Sequence record: NC_055781.1
DNA length: 64,000 nucleotides
Origin: Escherichia phage p000v
Strand: one strand, 5' to 3'
Shown here: positions 1 through 8,699 of the stretch, one piece after another
Numbering within the stretch: position 1 is the first letter of the stretch
Layout of the letters: the number at the start of each line of letters is the position of its first letter
Made by a program: the position numbers and the translations under genes
The notes under the pieces: model-generated
What the model was told of the DNA's origin: nothing
Seen by the model: only the letters and a program-made list of their open reading frames with translations
Databases searched by the model: none

Positions 1-1763
1 TGAACGAGAATGCTAATAAAGATTCTCGTGTTTTTCCAACTCAACGGGACCTTATGGCTGGTATTGTGTCTAAGCACATTGCCAAAAATATGGTCCCGTC
101 TTTTATTATGAATGCGCATGAAAGTGGAATTATCCACATGCATGATATTGATTATTCTCCTGCTCTTCCGTTTACTAATTGTTGTTTAGTCGATTTAAAG
201 GGGATGCTTGAGAACGGATTTAAATTAGGCAATGCTCAAATTGAAACGCCTAAATCGATTGGTGTTGCTACTGCAATTATGGCACAAATTACTGCACAAG
301 TTGCTTCACATCAGTATGGCGGAACTACATTTGCAAATGTCGATAAAGTTCTTTCTCCTTATGTTAAACGTACATACGCTAAACATGTTGAAGATGCAGA
401 AAAATGGCAAATCGCTGATGCGTTGAATTATGCTCAATCTAAAACAGAAAAAGACGTATACGATGCATTCCAAGCTTATGAATATGAAGTAAATACTCTC
501 TTTAGTTCAAACGGACAAACGCCTTTTGTAACAATTACATTTGGTACGGGAACCGATTGGACTGAACGAATGATTCAGAAGGCAATTCTGAAAAATCGGA
601 TTAAAGGTCTTGGTCGTGATGGGATAACTCCTATTTTTCCTAAACTTGTTATGTTTGTTGAAGAAGGTGTTAATCTTTATAAAGATGATCCAAACTATGA
701 TATTAAACAACTTGCGTTAGAATGTGCAAGCAAAAGAATGTATCCTGACATTATTTCGGTTAAGAATAATAAAGCTATTACCGGTTCTTCAGTTCCTGTT
801 TCTCCAATGGGTTGCCGTAGTTTCTTGAGCGTATGGAAAGATTCAACTGGAAATGAAATTCTTGACGGTCGTAATAATCTCGGTGTTGTAACACTGAATC
901 TTCCTCGCATCGCATTAGATTCTTATATTGGAACACAGTTCAATGAACAGAAATTTGTTGAATTATTCAATGAACGAATGGATTTATGTTTTGAAGCTTT
1001 GATGTGTAGAATTAGTTCCTTAAAAGGAGTTAAAGCGACTGTTGCTCCTATTCTTTACCAAGAAGGTGCATTCGGGGTTCGTCTTAAACCTGATGACGAT
1101 ATAATTGAGTTATTTAAAAACGGTAGAAGTTCAGTGTCTTTAGGATACATCGGTATTCATGAATTGAATATTCTTGTTGGTCGTGATATTGGACAAGAAA
1201 TTTTAACTAAAATGAATGCTCATCTTAAACAGTGGACTGAAAGAACTGGTTTTGCTTTTAGTTTGTATTCTACTCCTGCTGAAAACCTTTGTTATCGCTT
1301 CTGTAAACTCGATACAGAAAAATATGGAAGTGTAAAAGATGTTACCGATAAAGGCTGGTACACTAACAGTTTCCACGTTTCAGTAGAAGAAAATATTACT
1401 CCGTTTGAAAAGATTTCTCGTGAAGCGCCATATCATTTCATTGCGACAGGTGGTCACATTTCTTATGTTGAACTTCCAGATATGAAAAACAATTTAAAGG
1501 GACTTGAGGCCGTCTGGGATTATGCTGCACAACATTTAGATTATTTTGGTGTTAATATGCCAGTGGATAAATGTTTTACATGTGGAAGTACCCATGAAAT
1601 GACTCCTACTGAAAACGGATTTGTTTGTTCAGTTTGCGGAGAAACTGATCCTAAAAAGATGAACACCATAAGAAGAACATGCGGTTATTTGGGAAATCCG
1701 AACGAACGCGGATTTAATCTCGGTAAAAATAAAGAAATCATGCATAGGGTTAAACACCAATGA
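1..1763 (+). CDS. nrdD: anaerobic ribonucleoside-triphosphate reductase (class III), 5' end cut by window edge
   Basis: ORF track 54..1763 but the frame is open back to nt 3; C-terminal glycyl-radical motif RTCGYLG and Cys4 zinc site CFTCG...CSVCG; nrdG follows. Confidence 0.9.
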   Translation, partial: NENANKDSRVFPTQRDLMAGIVSKHIAKNMVPSFIMNAHESGIIHMHDIDYSPALPFTNCCLVDLKGMLENGFKLGNAQIETPKSIGVATAIMAQITAQVASHQYGGTTFANVDKVLSPYVKRTYAKHVEDAEKWQIADALNYAQSKTEKDVYDAFQAYEYEVNTLFSSNGQTPFVTITFGTGTDWTERMIQKAILKNRIKGLGRDGITPIFPKLVMFVEEGVNLYKDDPNYDIKQLALECASKRMYPDIISVKNNKAITGSSVPVSPMGCRSFLSVWKDSTGNEILDGRNNLGVVTLNLPRIALDSYIGTQFNEQKFVELFNERMDLCFEALMCRISSLKGVKATVAPILYQEGAFGVRLKPDDDIIELFKNGRSSVSLGYIGIHELNILVGRDIGQEILTKMNAHLKQWTERTGFAFSLYSTPAENLCYRFCKLDTEKYGSVKDVTDKGWYTNSFHVSVEENITPFEKISREAPYHFIATGGHISYVELPDMKNNLKGLEAVWDYAAQHLDYFGVNMPVDKCFTCGSTHEMTPTENGFVCSVCGETDPKKMNTIRRTCGYLGNPNERGFNLGKNKEIMHRVKHQ

Positions 1764-2230
1764 ATTATGATAGATTTTATCCTTGCGATTTTGTGAATGG
1801 CCCGGGATGCAGGGTCGTTCTTTTCGTTACGGGTTGTTTGCATAAATGCGAAGGGTGTTATAATAAATCAACATGGAATGCTAGAAATGGTATTCCATTC
1901 ACTGGTGAAACACTAGAACAATTAATTGAATGTTTGAATAATGATTATATAGAAGGATTAACTATAACCGGAGGTGACCCTCTCTATCCTGATAACCGAG
2001 ATGTTATTCATTGCATTGCTCAAACAGTAAAAAATCTTTATCCCAATAAAAGCATTTGGTTGTGGACAGGATATAAGTTTGAAGATATTAAACAACTAGA
2101 AATGCTTAAATATGTTGATGTTATTATTGATGGGAAGTATGAGAAAAATCTTCCGACTAAAAAGCTGTGGCGAGGATCAGATAATCAGCGACTTTGGTCA
2201 AATACCGATGGGGTGTGGAAACATGATTAA
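1760..2230 (+). CDS. nrdG: anaerobic RNR activating enzyme (radical SAM)
   Basis: 156 aa; CxxxCxxC motif CLHKCEGC near N-terminus; ATGA overlap with nrdD stop. Confidence 0.85.
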   Translation: MNYDRFYPCDFVNGPGCRVVLFVTGCLHKCEGCYNKSTWNARNGIPFTGETLEQLIECLNNDYIEGLTITGGDPLYPDNRDVIHCIAQTVKNLYPNKSIWLWTGYKFEDIKQLEMLKYVDVIIDGKYEKNLPTKKLWRGSDNQRLWSNTDGVWKHD

Positions 2231-2340
2231 ATTGAATTACATTATGGATACTATAAATGATATGATTTTTCGTTTTGGTCCAGAATTTTATTCGCAATAT
2301 AGTTTAATGATTATCAATGCTTAGTTAATTAAGGGTAAAT

Positions 2341-2556
2341 ATGTACAAATTTCGTAAAGGTTTAGCTGATTTTCTTACAACTGTAACGTTCTTTTTGTTT
2401 ATGGCAGTTGGAGCTATTTTTCTTATTCCTTTTACTGGTGTATTTTTCGTGATTAGTTTAATTTCTCCAGAAAAGGGTTTATCCTCCAGCGAATTCAATG
2501 AACGTTTGGACAAAATTACTAATAAACTGAATTCTGTTCTTGATAAAAAGGCTTAA
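2341..2556 (+). CDS. small membrane protein (hypothetical)
   Basis: 71 aa with one long hydrophobic stretch (FLTTVTFFLFMAVGAIFLIPFTGVFFVISLI). Confidence 0.4.
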   Translation: MYKFRKGLADFLTTVTFFLFMAVGAIFLIPFTGVFFVISLISPEKGLSSSEFNERLDKITNKLNSVLDKKA

Positions 2557-2558
2557 TT

Positions 2559-2876
2559 ATGATTAGTTTTGAGCGGTATGTAGTAGAGAGTTGGAATGGT
2601 TTTGATATGTTCGGTAATGACTATTATTTCTATGAATGTAGTCTGAACCCAAGCTTCTGGGCTGGACGTGAACAAGACCTCGAAGAAATCAACGCTCGTG
2701 CCGATTTGTTAGGTGAACTGCCTACGGTTTATTTTACCTTTGATGAATCCGGCTTCGTTATCCAGGTTTATTTTCCTGAAGAAAACTCTGGTGAGGATTC
2801 TGTTAATCCTCCTTATTGGGCTTACCAAGGAATTATTTCTCGTGGAACAAAACTCGAACTTAAAGAACAAGATTGA
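2559..2876 (+). CDS. hypothetical protein
   Basis: 105-aa ORF, 2-nt gap from upstream ORF; no recognisable motif. Confidence 0.4.
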   Translation: MISFERYVVESWNGFDMFGNDYYFYECSLNPSFWAGREQDLEEINARADLLGELPTVYFTFDESGFVIQVYFPEENSGEDSVNPPYWAYQGIISRGTKLELKEQD

Positions 2877-3165
2877 AATTTATGGCATCCCTGAAGAAGT
2901 TGGACGTTGTCCAGGATGTTATACTGTTACAAAACTTTTAAAGGAGCTCAATGCTCCTTATACATTTTATAAAGTCCTCACTAATAATGGTAAGATTGAA
3001 TATGACCGTCCTTTAATCGTATCTCTTGCTAAACGTGCAGGATTCACTTCACTTAATATTCGTTATCCTGTCATATTTTTAAATGATAAGAAACAAAAGA
3101 ATATTGCAGAGTTTAAAAAGTCCTTGATTTCATTAGGATATGACTCTGATATCATAGAAGATTGA
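2842..3165 (+). CDS. nrdH: glutaredoxin-like protein, start uncertain (GTG at 2842 proposed)
   Basis: IEIYGIPEEVGRCPGCYTVTK thioredoxin-fold CxxC motif; no in-frame ATG nearby, the ORF-track N-terminus 2713.. overlaps the upstream gene; AAGGA 12 nt before GTG. Confidence 0.55.
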   Translation: MEQNSNLKNKIEIYGIPEEVGRCPGCYTVTKLLKELNAPYTFYKVLTNNGKIEYDRPLIVSLAKRAGFTSLNIRYPVIFLNDKKQKNIAEFKKSLISLGYDSDIIED

Positions 3166-3190
3166 CCAGGTGCCGCCTGGTCTTCTTTAT
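3164..3190 (+). terminator. intrinsic terminator (GACCAGG-tgccg-CCTGGTC then T-rich)
   Basis: 7-bp stem hairpin right after the nrdH stop, followed by TTCTTTAT. Confidence 0.5.
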
Positions 3191-3273
3191 CCCATTTCCA
3201 ATATAATCTATTGGAATCTTCACTTCACTATCTCCTTGTGCCCCTCTCAAACCAAAAATATTTTCATAAAACA

Positions 3274-3302
3274 GTTTACATCCTCAATAGTTGTGTTAAG
3301 AT
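3274..3302 (+). promoter_or_regulatory. T4-type early promoter (GTTTAC -17- TAAGAT)
   Basis: -35-like GTTTACA and -10-like hexamer 17 nt apart, about 30 nt upstream of the ATG at 3331. Confidence 0.45.
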
Positions 3303-3330
3303 TAAACCATCTACTATAGAGGAAAATAAA

Positions 3331-3513
3331 ATGACAATTGAAGATAAAGAAATTAAGGTTGACCAGTACTATTCTGTCAACGGTAATGCAGTACAGATAA
3401 CCAGAGTTTCAAGCCTGGATGTTTGGTACCGTTCAATCAAATATCCAGAAATTGGTGAAATGCTTTGTGACCGTGGTATCTTCTGTTCAATTGCAAAGGA
3501 AATTAAGCCATGA
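3331..3513 (+). CDS. hypothetical protein (60 aa)
   Basis: internal ATG of ORF 3211..3513, preceded by GAGGAAAATAAA RBS and an early promoter. Confidence 0.4.
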   Translation: MTIEDKEIKVDQYYSVNGNAVQITRVSSLDVWYRSIKYPEIGEMLCDRGIFCSIAKEIKP

Positions 3514-3758
3514 TTAGTTTAGACTCAAAGAAAGTTGTTCTAACCCTTAAAGTTAATGACGAGCGACTGGTATTCATTACCATTTCCGATTTACATGTTG
3601 AAATTGCTAATGGCGTCCGTACTTATCAAGCAAATAAAACTCATTGGGATTATATCCCGATGTTGACGCTTACTCAGCGTTTAGAATCAATCGGTCTTAA
3701 AGACCTTTCAGTAAGTGAAGTGAATTTTATCAAACGTGTCGTATCAATCAACCTCTGA
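3510..3758 (+). CDS. hypothetical protein
   Basis: 82-aa ORF, ATGA overlap with upstream gene. Confidence 0.4.
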   Translation: MISLDSKKVVLTLKVNDERLVFITISDLHVEIANGVRTYQANKTHWDYIPMLTLTQRLESIGLKDLSVSEVNFIKRVVSINL

Positions 3759-3765
3759 GGTACTT

Positions 3766-4059
3766 ATGGGTAAAACATATCGTCGTAAAGATTTGAAAGT
3801 TCGCGATTATGACTATTTTGGTAAGCGTAAAGCTCCTGACGGTGTTAGCCACAAGGACATGGTTGAAAACATTTTCCGCTCAGATAAATGGAAACGTATG
3901 AAAGGAGTTGATTCTGAAGTCAAGAATGAAATGAATCGACAACTCCGCAAAGAAGTTCGTAAGTTGAAAAAAGATGTTTACAGTAAAGAAGAGTATGATT
4001 ATAATACTTCTCATACTGAAGCCAAACGTAAAGCTAACGAATGTTATCGTTACAGTTGA
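3766..4059 (+). CDS. hypothetical basic protein
   Basis: ATG at 3766 with GAGG RBS; Lys/Arg-rich (RRKDLKVRDYDYFGKRK). Confidence 0.4.
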   Translation: MGKTYRRKDLKVRDYDYFGKRKAPDGVSHKDMVENIFRSDKWKRMKGVDSEVKNEMNRQLRKEVRKLKKDVYSKEEYDYNTSHTEAKRKANECYRYS

Positions 4060-4066
4060 GGAAATT

Positions 4067-4201
4067 ATGAATATCAAACGAATGCTTTTTAAGCAGGGAT
4101 TATATACTTTAAATGTTAATCCAAAGGGTGATACAACTAAATGGTCTGTAAATGACTGGATTAAGTTCATCGATGAAAATGGGGCGTGGAACACAAAATG
4201 A
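4067..4201 (+). CDS. hypothetical small protein (44 aa)
   Basis: ATG preceded by GAGGAAATT RBS right after the upstream stop. Confidence 0.3.
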   Translation: MNIKRMLFKQGLYTLNVNPKGDTTKWSVNDWIKFIDENGAWNTK

Positions 4202-4398
4202 ATCCTGAAAATATTGTGTCATGGCAACTTCGTGAAGAACGTGCCGAATTCTTTGCCAATATGAAACTCAACGGTGTTGAGGATGAAGACTTTTTACGCT
4301 GGTTCTGGATTTACAAATACAAAGAATGCCAACATGCTGTGCTATTGACTTGCGCAATTATGTACGAAGGCTGGAAAGGCGCTAAAAAGTTCGGTTAA
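4198..4398 (+). CDS. hypothetical protein
   Basis: ATG overlapping upstream stop (ATGA); 66 aa. Confidence 0.4.
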   Translation: MNPENIVSWQLREERAEFFANMKLNGVEDEDFLRWFWIYKYKECQHAVLLTCAIMYEGWKGAKKFG

Positions 4399-4453
4399 TA
4401 GTTTATGATGGTAGGAAGAAGTGTTATCTTCCTACCAATTTGAGGAGAATATC

Positions 4454-4693
4454 ATGGAACAAGAATTAGACATTATTACATCGAAAAAACGTCTTGAAGT
4501 TGTAGTGAACGGCTCAACTATTAAGTTTGTATATGACACTTTAACTGATGCTATTACCGTTAGTTGTGGCGGAAAGGCTTTTAGTCTAGATTCTACTGAA
4601 AACAAATACCCGTTCTATAAAGGTATCTTTGATATGGGTGTTGATATCAGTGTTCGTCAAGCAAACTATTTACATTATCTTATCACGAAATAA
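4454..4693 (+). CDS. hypothetical protein
   Basis: ATG with GAGGAGAATATC RBS; 79 aa. Confidence 0.4.
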   Translation: MEQELDIITSKKRLEVVVNGSTIKFVYDTLTDAITVSCGGKAFSLDSTENKYPFYKGIFDMGVDISVRQANYLHYLITK

Positions 4694-4696
4694 CGC

Positions 4697-4728
4697 ACAA
4701 ACTCTTGAGAGCAGAGTATAATGCTCTC
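4697..4728 (+). promoter_or_regulatory. promoter module, copy 1: AAACTCTTGAGAGCAGAG-TATAAT-GCTCTC (repeated at ~49641)
   Basis: perfect TATAAT lying in the loop of the 6-bp inverted repeat GAGAGC/GCTCTC; an identical ~30-nt sequence recurs upstream of ndd. Confidence 0.45.
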
Positions 4729-4759
4729 GTTGGATAATAAAATAACAGAGGAAAATAAT

Positions 4760-5092
4760 ATGTCTACTAAAATCAAAAACGTAGTGAACTCTTTCGCTTT
4801 CGATAAAGTTGTTAGTCTTCTAGAAAAAGGTGGTATTGTTACTCCTCAAGTTCTTGACGCGTGGGAATTCCGTCTTTATGAAATCATGCAAAAACACGAC
4901 CAGAAAATTGGACGTAATTCTATTCGTGAAATTCTAGTACAATATATTCTTTCTGAATTTGACGTTGCCGCATTTGGTGTTGAATCTAAAGCTTATCAGA
5001 AACATGAAATCTCTGAAAAAACTATCCGTCGTATGAAAAATCAACGTAAGAAAAAATTCGCTGACTTGAAAATTGTTAAGGCGGTAAAATGA
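4760..5092 (+). CDS. hypothetical protein
   Basis: ATG with AGGAAAATAAT RBS; 110 aa. Confidence 0.4.
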   Translation: MSTKIKNVVNSFAFDKVVSLLEKGGIVTPQVLDAWEFRLYEIMQKHDQKIGRNSIREILVQYILSEFDVAAFGVESKAYQKHEISEKTIRRMKNQRKKKFADLKIVKAVK

Positions 5093-5316
5093 GCATACTA
5101 ACAGAAACTTTGATTAATGATCTGCGTCTAGCTGGTTACGAAGTTGGTACAAATAGTCTAGGTCTTCCTCAGATCGAAGGTCCTGGATTTATTCTAGAAT
5201 ACGAATTCAAACAATGGTGGTTATATGCTACGGTTGACGATGCGTTGAATATTGATTTCGTTGACCAATTTGATTCATTGGATGCTGCCTTATTTGCAGC
5301 AAAGGAACTAGAATGA
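5089..5316 (+). CDS. hypothetical protein
   Basis: 75 aa, ATGA overlap with upstream gene. Confidence 0.4.
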   Translation: MSILTETLINDLRLAGYEVGTNSLGLPQIEGPGFILEYEFKQWWLYATVDDALNIDFVDQFDSLDAALFAAKELE

Positions 5317-5582
5317 AATTAACTCGAATCAGTATAACTGAAGAAAAGCTGGGCGAATTTTACGTCGACAACTTTATGAAAGTTACGTATTTTCCATTTG
5401 TTAAAGGTGTCGGTTTTTGGGAAACTCATGTATCTCAATTAAACGAAGGCGACTATAACGAAACACATGAGAACTTTTTAGATTTTCTTTATGGAGCTGG
5501 ATTAACCGAGCTTTATATTGATATACATGAGTTCAAACGTTTAATGGAAAAAGTATTCCAGGCGTATTGTTTGCTCCGATAG
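5313..5582 (+). CDS. hypothetical protein
   Basis: 89 aa, ATGA overlap with upstream gene. Confidence 0.4.
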   Translation: MKLTRISITEEKLGEFYVDNFMKVTYFPFVKGVGFWETHVSQLNEGDYNETHENFLDFLYGAGLTELYIDIHEFKRLMEKVFQAYCLLR

Positions 5583-5589
5583 TATCTCG

Positions 5590-5633
5590 TGCTTTAAGAT
5601 AGGTCTCTAAATATTATGATATAATAGACCTAT
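5590..5633 (+). promoter_or_regulatory. promoter region upstream of gene 55 (MotA-box-like TGCTTTA plus several -10-like hexamers inside an 8-bp inverted repeat)
   Basis: TGCTTTA at 5590-5596; TATTAT/TATGAT/TATAAT overlapping; inverted repeat ATAGGTCT (5599-5606) / AGACCTAT (5626-5633). Confidence 0.35.
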
Positions 5634-5654
5634 GAATTGAGCCAAGAGGTACTT

Positions 5655-6212
5655 ATGACTGAACAAAAACCTAAAAATAACTATGTGAATAATAAAGAGC
5701 TTCTCGCCGCTATAATCGAGTGGAAAAAGGAGCTCTTAAATAATAAAGACCCAAACAAAATTATTCGTCAGAATGATACCATCGGTTTAGCAATTATGCT
5801 TATCGCCGAAGGCCTGTCCAAACGTTTCAACTTTTCAGGATATACCCAGTCTTGGAAGCAGGAGATGATTGCAGATGGGATTGAAGCCTCTATTAAGGGA
5901 CTTCATAATTTCGACGAAACTAAGTACAATAACCCACATGCATACATAACTCGAGCTTGTTTTAATGCTTTTGTCCAACGTATCAAAAAAGAACGTAAGG
6001 AAGTTGCAAAGAAATATAGTTACTTCGTTCATAATGTCTACGACAGTCATGACGATGATATGGTAGCGTTGGTAGATGAAACGTTTATTCAAGACATCTA
6101 CGATAAAATGACGCATTATGAAGAATCCGCTTATAAAGCTCCTGGGGCTGAAAAGAAGGAAGTTGTTAGCGATTCGCCTAGTTTGGATTTTTTATATGAG
6201 GATGACAATTGA
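5655..6212 (+). CDS. 55: late-transcription sigma factor gp55
   Basis: 185 aa (same length as T4 gp55); ATG at 5655 after GAGG RBS; position between the nrd cluster and gene 47. Confidence 0.85.
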   Translation: MTEQKPKNNYVNNKELLAAIIEWKKELLNNKDPNKIIRQNDTIGLAIMLIAEGLSKRFNFSGYTQSWKQEMIADGIEASIKGLHNFDETKYNNPHAYITRACFNAFVQRIKKERKEVAKKYSYFVHNVYDSHDDDMVALVDETFIQDIYDKMTHYEESAYKAPGAEKKEVVSDSPSLDFLYEDDN

Positions 6213-6411
6213 CATCTCTAACTACTTAGAAGAACCTTTTGACGAAGCAATCCCTTATTTGGTAAAACTGTTGGGTCGTGAATTTAAAATTAATTTTGAC
6301 ATCGACCCTTTGAACCCACATGACGTGTCATTTTCAATAAATGGGACTCCAGTTGAGTACGAGTTCTGTATTGAAGAGGATGGACGTTTTTATTTTAATT
6401 TAATGAGATAA
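6196..6411 (+). CDS. hypothetical protein
   Basis: ATG overlapping the 3' end of gene 55; about 71 aa. Confidence 0.35.
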   Translation: MRMTIDISNYLEEPFDEAIPYLVKLLGREFKINFDIDPLNPHDVSFSINGTPVEYEFCIEEDGRFYFNLMR

Positions 6412-6412
6412 T

Positions 6413-6736
6413 ATGACTACCGAGATTATTGAAAATAAAGAAGCAGAAGATGCAGTAGCTAAAATGCTACAAGAAATCCAAAAGAAAAATGAAGCTGAAG
6501 CACGTAAAAAATCCGAAAAGATTCTTAAAAAGAATCGTTTTGAACTAAACCGTCTTTATGCACATGCTCAAGAAGCAGCAATTCAAAACAACTTCGAAGC
6601 TTACGAATATGCTATTAAGAAATCTCGGGATATTCTACGACAACCATATAATGACAAGTTAATTAAAATCCAGTGGATTACTACTCGTCAGGCTATTGAG
6701 GACATCATTAATGGCGCTAGTTCAAACAAAGTTTAA
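6413..6736 (+). CDS. hypothetical protein (predicted helical, charged)
   Basis: 107 aa, Lys/Glu-rich. Confidence 0.4.
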   Translation: MTTEIIENKEAEDAVAKMLQEIQKKNEAEARKKSEKILKKNRFELNRLYAHAQEAAIQNNFEAYEYAIKKSRDILRQPYNDKLIKIQWITTRQAIEDIINGASSNKV

Positions 6737-6917
6737 ACGTCTGAAGCTGAACGCAGGGTTCTCTCTTAAATTGGGAGGTCCTCTTTGTGTTAAAATTTCT
6801 GAAAAGGAATATCACGACGGTTCTATTACAGAAATTTGTCCGCCTATTGTAAAGGCAGACCCAAAACAACTCGTATGGGTCGATTCATTTCAAGTTAAGA
6901 AATGGTGGAAACGATGA
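6711..6917 (+). CDS. hypothetical protein
   Basis: ATG at 6711 with GAGG about 10 nt upstream, overlaps upstream 3' end; 68 aa. Confidence 0.35.
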   Translation: MALVQTKFKRLKLNAGFSLKLGGPLCVKISEKEYHDGSITEICPPIVKADPKQLVWVDSFQVKKWWKR

Positions 6918-6956
6918 GAGAAATTGATTTAGGCATTTTCTGAGAGGTGCTTATGC

Positions 6957-7130
6957 ATGACGAACATCCCGACTTCTGAAAATTTCGATAAAATCCGTAA
7001 AGGCAAAGCAGAAAGAATGAGACGTTTTAAAGAGTCTTATGATAAAGCTAAAGCCGAAGGAACTATTACGTACAAGCCCATTCGATTTAAAAGTTCAAAT
7101 GAGCCTTTGTACGGTGTACTATGTGGATAG
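6957..7130 (+). CDS. hypothetical small protein (57 aa, below ORF-track cutoff)
   Basis: ATG after GAGAGG RBS; ends 1 nt before an intrinsic terminator. Confidence 0.3.
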   Translation: MTNIPTSENFDKIRKGKAERMRRFKESYDKAKAEGTITYKPIRFKSSNEPLYGVLCG

Positions 7131-7153
7131 GAACTCTTCGGAGTTCCTTTTTT
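7129..7153 (+). terminator. intrinsic terminator (AGGAACTC-ttcg-GAGTTCCT then TTTTT)
   Basis: 8-bp stem, UUCG tetraloop, T-run. Confidence 0.6.
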
Positions 7154-7176
7154 GCTTTATAAACGGATGATAGAAT
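7153..7176 (+). promoter_or_regulatory. MotA-dependent middle promoter upstream of gene 47
   Basis: TGCTTTA MotA box, 11-nt spacer, TAGAAT -10; 24 nt before the ATG at 7200. Confidence 0.55.
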
Positions 7177-7199
7177 GAATTAACTAATGAGGAAATAAT

Positions 7200-8219
7200 A
7201 TGAAAATTTTGCACTTAGGCGACTTCCATATCGGAGTCAAACAAGACGACCCATGGGTCCAAGATATTCAACGTGATGGTATTCGTCAAGCAATTGAATA
7301 CTCTAAGAAACACGGGATTAAAACTTGGATTCAGTACGGTGATTGGTTTGACGTCCGTAAAGCAATAACACATCGTACAATGGAATTCAATCGTGAAATC
7401 GTTGATATGATTTCTAAAGCAGGCATTCACGTTCATGTCACGATAGGAAACCATGACATGGCGTTTAAGAATACAATAACACCTAACACTGTTTCTGAAT
7501 TGTTAACTCAATTTGAAAACTTTACTATTTACGAACATCCAACTACTGTAGATTTTGACGGATGTCTGATTGATATCGTTCCGTGGATGTGTGAAGAAAA
7601 TACAGGTGAAATCTTAGAGCACATCAAGACTTCTTCTGCTGCGTATTGCGTTGGTCACTGGGAACTGAACGGCTTTTATTTCTATAAAGGAATGAAGTCT
7701 CATGGGCTTGAACCTGATTTCTTAAAGACCTATAAACAAGTCTGGTCTGGCCACTTCCACACAATCTCTGAAGCTGCTAACGTCAAATATATTGGGACAC
7801 CATGGACCCTTACTGCAGGTGACGAGAACGACCCACGTGGATTCTGGGTATTTGACACTGATGTTGAACGTATGGAATTTATTCCTAATGAAACAACATG
7901 GCATCGACGAATCACTTATCCATTTAAAGGCAAAATCAATTATTCTGATTATACTAATCTAGCCGTACGTGTTATAGTATCAGAAATTGATTCAGAGTTG
8001 ACTAAATTTGAATCTGAACTTGAAAAAGTAGTTCACTCTCTTCGTATGGTTTCTAAAGTTGATAACAGTGTTGAATCTGATGACGACCAGGAAATCGAGA
8101 TTAAATCACTTCAAGATATCATTAAAGAATATATTGACGCGATTCCAGATATCTCAGACGAAGACAGAGAAGCGCTGGTCAAATATTCCAACGAACTTTA
8201 TATTGAGGCAACACAATGA
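7200..8219 (+). CDS. 47: recombination endonuclease subunit gp47 (Mre11-like)
   Basis: 339 aa; phosphoesterase motifs LGDFH, GDWFD, GNHD. Confidence 0.9.
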   Translation: MKILHLGDFHIGVKQDDPWVQDIQRDGIRQAIEYSKKHGIKTWIQYGDWFDVRKAITHRTMEFNREIVDMISKAGIHVHVTIGNHDMAFKNTITPNTVSELLTQFENFTIYEHPTTVDFDGCLIDIVPWMCEENTGEILEHIKTSSAAYCVGHWELNGFYFYKGMKSHGLEPDFLKTYKQVWSGHFHTISEAANVKYIGTPWTLTAGDENDPRGFWVFDTDVERMEFIPNETTWHRRITYPFKGKINYSDYTNLAVRVIVSEIDSELTKFESELEKVVHSLRMVSKVDNSVESDDDQEIEIKSLQDIIKEYIDAIPDISDEDREALVKYSNELYIEATQ

Positions 8220-8473
8220 CTTTAGATGAATTTAACAATGCTGGGCTAGGGCTTGAAGTTGAAATAGACGTTAAAGATGATGATGGATTCGAGAACACTA
8301 TCAAGTATTGGATTGAGCCATTACGTGTTGAAGGCAATGAAGTTAAAGCAGTTCATGTCTACACCGACTGGGCTATTGAATTTAGCTTTAATATAATGGA
8401 CAACGATACTCCTGGCTCTATTCTTAAAATGGCTGAAGCATGTATCAAGGATGCGTATAATGACGAAGACTGA
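8216..8473 (+). CDS. hypothetical protein
   Basis: 85 aa, acidic; ATGA overlap with gene 47 stop. Confidence 0.4.
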   Translation: MTLDEFNNAGLGLEVEIDVKDDDGFENTIKYWIEPLRVEGNEVKAVHVYTDWAIEFSFNIMDNDTPGSILKMAEACIKDAYNDED

Positions 8474-8699
8474 CTATGAAATCCATCGTCACGAATTTAG
8501 TATTGGTGACGGTTATATTGGTATCGTTGAATGGACTGAGAATTACGAGGAATCAACTCCTCGTTTCTTTGGAACAATGTATGTTACCTGTGAGTACGCA
8601 CCAGGTGTTGTTATGTATGCAGAACTAGATGAATATTTTTCTGATAGGGATGACATGTTAAAATATGTAGAGGACTTCATTCGAAGAGAATACATATGA
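8451..8699 (+). CDS. hypothetical protein
   Basis: 82 aa; overlaps neighbours. Confidence 0.4.
   Translation: MRIMTKTDYEIHRHEFSIGDGYIGIVEWTENYEESTPRFFGTMYVTCEYAPGVVMYAELDEYFSDRDDMLKYVEDFIRREYI

Noticed and set aside
507-910. Antisense ORFs inside nrdD (507..710 and 695..910, - strand)
   Set aside because: Fully embedded opposite a conserved coding region, low-complexity translations, no RBS; typical spurious ORFs. The same applies to many other - strand ORFs in the track (for example 8728..9216, 10511..10963, 14720..15160, 23956..24321, 33689..34168, 45907..46284).
2713-2841. N-terminal 43 codons of the 150-aa ORF 2713..3165
   Set aside because: Hydrophobic nonsense overlapping the upstream gene in another frame; only the C-terminal glutaredoxin domain looks real.
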